From Macrostomum lignano (Eukaryota), in assembly GCA_002269645.1 (NCBI GenBank), contig NIVC01003999.1:1-64000 (forward strand): DNA of 64,000 bases, in the 5' to 3' direction. Both the position numbers and the translations under genes were made by a program. The first letter of the stretch is position 1; every line of letters starts with the position of its first letter. This document shows positions 60,797 to 64,000 of the stretch, one piece after another. Under the pieces are notes generated by a model. It had not been told where the DNA came from. It searched no databases and was given only the letters and a program-made list of their open reading frames with translations.

Positions 60797-61444
60797 GTGA
60801 TGGAGAACTTTGACAAGCTAGTGAGTACCGGCCGCCCTCGGGCCTTCATCGTCGTCAACCATATCCAGCAGCCAGTGAGCTACCAGACCATTCGCGACAT
60901 CGCCCTGGCGAACGAGGCCGACCTGAACATTGGCTTCAACCGGTTCTACACCCTGTCCGGCCCCCGCGTGTCCAGCACGCAGCAGCTGTTCGCCGACCCA
61001 GCCGCGCCGCCGACCCACTCTGCCGTCGTCTGGCAGTTCGGACACGTCGAAGCGTTGCGCCATTTCCGCAACGTTGTCCTTCGGCCGCATTTCGTATCGC
61101 GCGAACTGGAGATTAATCTGCAGCGCCAGTTTTTGTTCTTCGGCTCCGAGCACACTGACCGAGTGCCGCTTAACACGATGGCTGACATCGACGGCCAGGT
61201 GTACATTGTTGGCCTGGCTGGCGAGATCGTGTTCACCATCAAGTCCGACCCGAACTGCTGCAAGAAGCCGGAGAATCAAGTAACGAGATTCGCCAAAGTG
61301 CGCCCCGGCCGGCTGCTGTCGTTACCGTCCAACTGCTACAACATCCTGGCTCGGCGGAACGGCACAGACTACGCCATGGCCTATGTGGGCTCGGTGGCCA
61401 TGGCCCAGCACCCGTCTGCTGAGCGGGTGAAGCCGAAGAAGTGA
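60797..61444 (+). CDS. C6orf89/BRAP-like membrane protein, exon 2 (cupin-like; family assignment tentative)
   Basis: Acceptor ccccatag|; open 215 codons; LRHFRNVVLRPHF..E pattern; spliced total 395 aa. Confidence 0.7.
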   Translation: MMENFDKLVSTGRPRAFIVVNHIQQPVSYQTIRDIALANEADLNIGFNRFYTLSGPRVSSTQQLFADPAAPPTHSAVVWQFGHVEALRHFRNVVLRPHFVSRELEINLQRQFLFFGSEHTDRVPLNTMADIDGQVYIVGLAGEIVFTIKSDPNCCKKPENQVTRFAKVRPGRLLSLPSNCYNILARRNGTDYAMAYVGSVAMAQHPSAERVKPKK

Positions 61445-61621
61445 ATGGACGGGTTGAATGCCGTTCTGAATTAACTCATTATATTTATAAAATACTGATT
61501 CGGTGGTCTATATACACAAGAATGCCAGCCTGTTACTACTAGTCGCTACTCACTAGGCATCTAGCACACGAGGAGTTAGTCACGATACACATATCGTGAT
61601 ACTACGAGTATATAGGTAGAT

Positions 61622-61829
<208 letters not shown>

Positions 61830-62416
61830 ACCTAACAAAATATGATTGTTTCATATATGCGTTACTAGAATTAATTTAGCTAGAGAAACAAATTACTAGG
61901 CAGAGAATTATTACCACCGAAACAGAGCGCTTACGAATTTATTCAATCACTACACGCTATTCCGCTATACCCGTTACAAAATACACTCGAAGCAAATCTA
62001 TAGTTCGCTGTTAGTTTGACAAGTCTATAAAAATATTCATCAAACAAGAAGATAGATCTACTGTAACTCAAAGACGCGAGTTGAAATATGAAAATTGGAT
62101 TTTTGTGTGTTTTTCAGTGAAGCCGTTTATTGAGTTCTATTGACGCAAACAGCGGTGGATGAGGGAGCGATGGAGGCGAGTTAAGAGTAGGCGACTGGCT
62201 GAGCACAGCTGGCTCACCTGCCGGCGCCAGCAGATTTTTTTCAAATGATGGAGCTAAGGGGGGGGGGCTTCCAGCTGCCCTTGCATAGGCAACCGGTGAT
62301 TGAGTCGCCCACTCGGAGCCGGCGTCCATCGAGTCCTGCTGTCTGGCGTAAACAGCCATTACGGTTGCTTTTGCCTGGGACACTCCCAACCGTAGGATGG
62401 GAATTTATAAGCTTCG

Positions 62417-62647
<231 letters not shown>

Positions 62648-63384
62648 ATTCAGATTCCTTCCTGTTTTTTCTTGACGGTGAGCTTCTTGTGTATGCAGAT
62701 ACAGACTCCTTTGCCCCATCTGGACTCAAGACCGGACTAAACTAAACTCCAATTCGAGAAAAAATGATTTAAAAAAATTGTCGACAAATTTTCAGTCGCA
62801 GACTCGAAGCGCGAATCAAGTGGAAGCTTCAAAGCAAAAAAACAGAGCAATTTCGTCTGGCGCACCTGTGGCACAATTTATTTTTTGAGGGAGGAAAATT
62901 GGGACGTTTTTGTTTGTCTGTCTTATGGACCAATTCGGCTGCCCGCAGAGCGGCAGAGCCGTTTGAATATAATTGATCAATTATTTCGAAAATTTGCTCA
63001 GCATGGACCAGGTAGTTAACTGCTGCGAAACAAAGTCAAAGCAAAATTTCCTGCAGCAAATTTTCAAAACAGCAAAGCTTTACTTATAATTGTTTTTTCC
63101 AGCAATTTGCTAACAAATTGTTGGAAATCGCTCTTGAATGGGAAATTGTTTAAAGCAATTTTTGATGGGAAATCTTTTTTTATTGCCGCGACTTGCCTTC
63201 CCAGCTGTCTTGGTCGGCTGTCCGAGTGTCCGATCCAAGTTATTTTCTGGGCTTGTGTGTACTGCTGGGGCGCTTTCATATCTCAGAAATTTCATATTTC
63301 CGAATCGTATTTCCGAAATTTCATATCTCTGACGCTCCATATCTTTATATCATATCATATGAAGTCTGTTGCTAAGCTTGTCTG

Positions 63385-64000
63385 GGATGTGAAGTGTCGG
63401 AGATATGGATCGAGTGTTGGAGATGTGAAGTGTTGGAGATATGGAGTGTTGGAGATGTGAAGTGTCGGAGATATGGAGTGTTGGAGATGTGAAGTGTCGG
63501 AGATATGGAGTGTTGGAGATGTGAAGTGTTGAGATGCGAAGTCGGAGATATGGAGTGTTGGAGATGTGAAGTGTCGGAGATGTGAAGTGTCGGAGATATG
63601 GAGTGTTGGAGATGCGAAGTCGGAGATATGGAGTGTTGGAGATGTGAAGTGTCGGAGATGTGAAGTCGGAGATATGGAGTGTTGGAGATGTGAAGTGTCG
63701 GAGATATGGAGTGTTGGAGATGTGAAGTGTCGGAGATGTGAAGTGTCGGAGATATGAAGTGTCAAAGATATGAAGTGTCGGAGATATGAGATATCGGAGA
63801 TATGAAGTGTCGGAGTTGGGAAGTGTTGGAGATGTGAAGTGTCGGAGATGTGAAGTGTCGGAGATATGAAGTGTCAAAGATATGAAGTGTCGGAGATATG
63901 AGATATCGGAGATATGAAGTGTCGGAGTTGGGAAGTGTTGGAGATGTGAAGTGTCGGAGATGTGAAGTGTCGGAGATATGGAGTGTTGGAGATGTAAAGT
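63385..64000. repeat. Composite minisatellite (GGAGATGTGAAGTGTC / GGAGATATGGAGTGTT subunits), runs off the window end
   Basis: Tandem repetition. Confidence 0.95.

Noticed and set aside
62114-62389. Minus-strand 91-aa ORF as a terminal exon
   Set aside because: There is a plausible acceptor, but no matching upstream exon or recognisable domain.

Overview
Eukaryotic (metazoan) genomic DNA; there is no prokaryotic architecture and no CRISPR array. The style (GC-rich Ala/Gln-rich exons, a minisatellite in nearly every intron, an RTE-like LINE tail) suggests the flatworm Macrostomum lignano, but that is inference from pattern only. 1-21 kb holds two minus-strand genes in tandem: an intact 8-exon NEK1-like kinase (exons splice by hand to 3795 nt = 1264 aa + stop) and a NUDT12-like NADH pyrophosphatase with about 5 frame disruptions. 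A tRNA-Glu(CTC) lies between them, and a 104-aa antisense ORF is nested in NEK1 intron 4. 23-57 kb is a transposon graveyard: two related solo LTRs with 4-bp TSDs, a near-intact Harbinger, a Myb-only Harbinger derivative, an intron-containing Crypton tyrosine recombinase, an RPA70-like OB-fold pseudogene, and Tc1/IS630, piggyBac, LINE and Gypsy remnants. It also contains a multi-level nest: long-TIR THAP/P-like element > piggyBac > (foldback MITE; Gypsy pol + 3' LTR). 59.5-61.4 kb holds a two-exon membrane protein gene resembling C6orf89/BRAP. Most long ORFs in the supplied track are artefacts of tandem repeats. All alignments were done by eye from memory of family motifs; no database searches were run.
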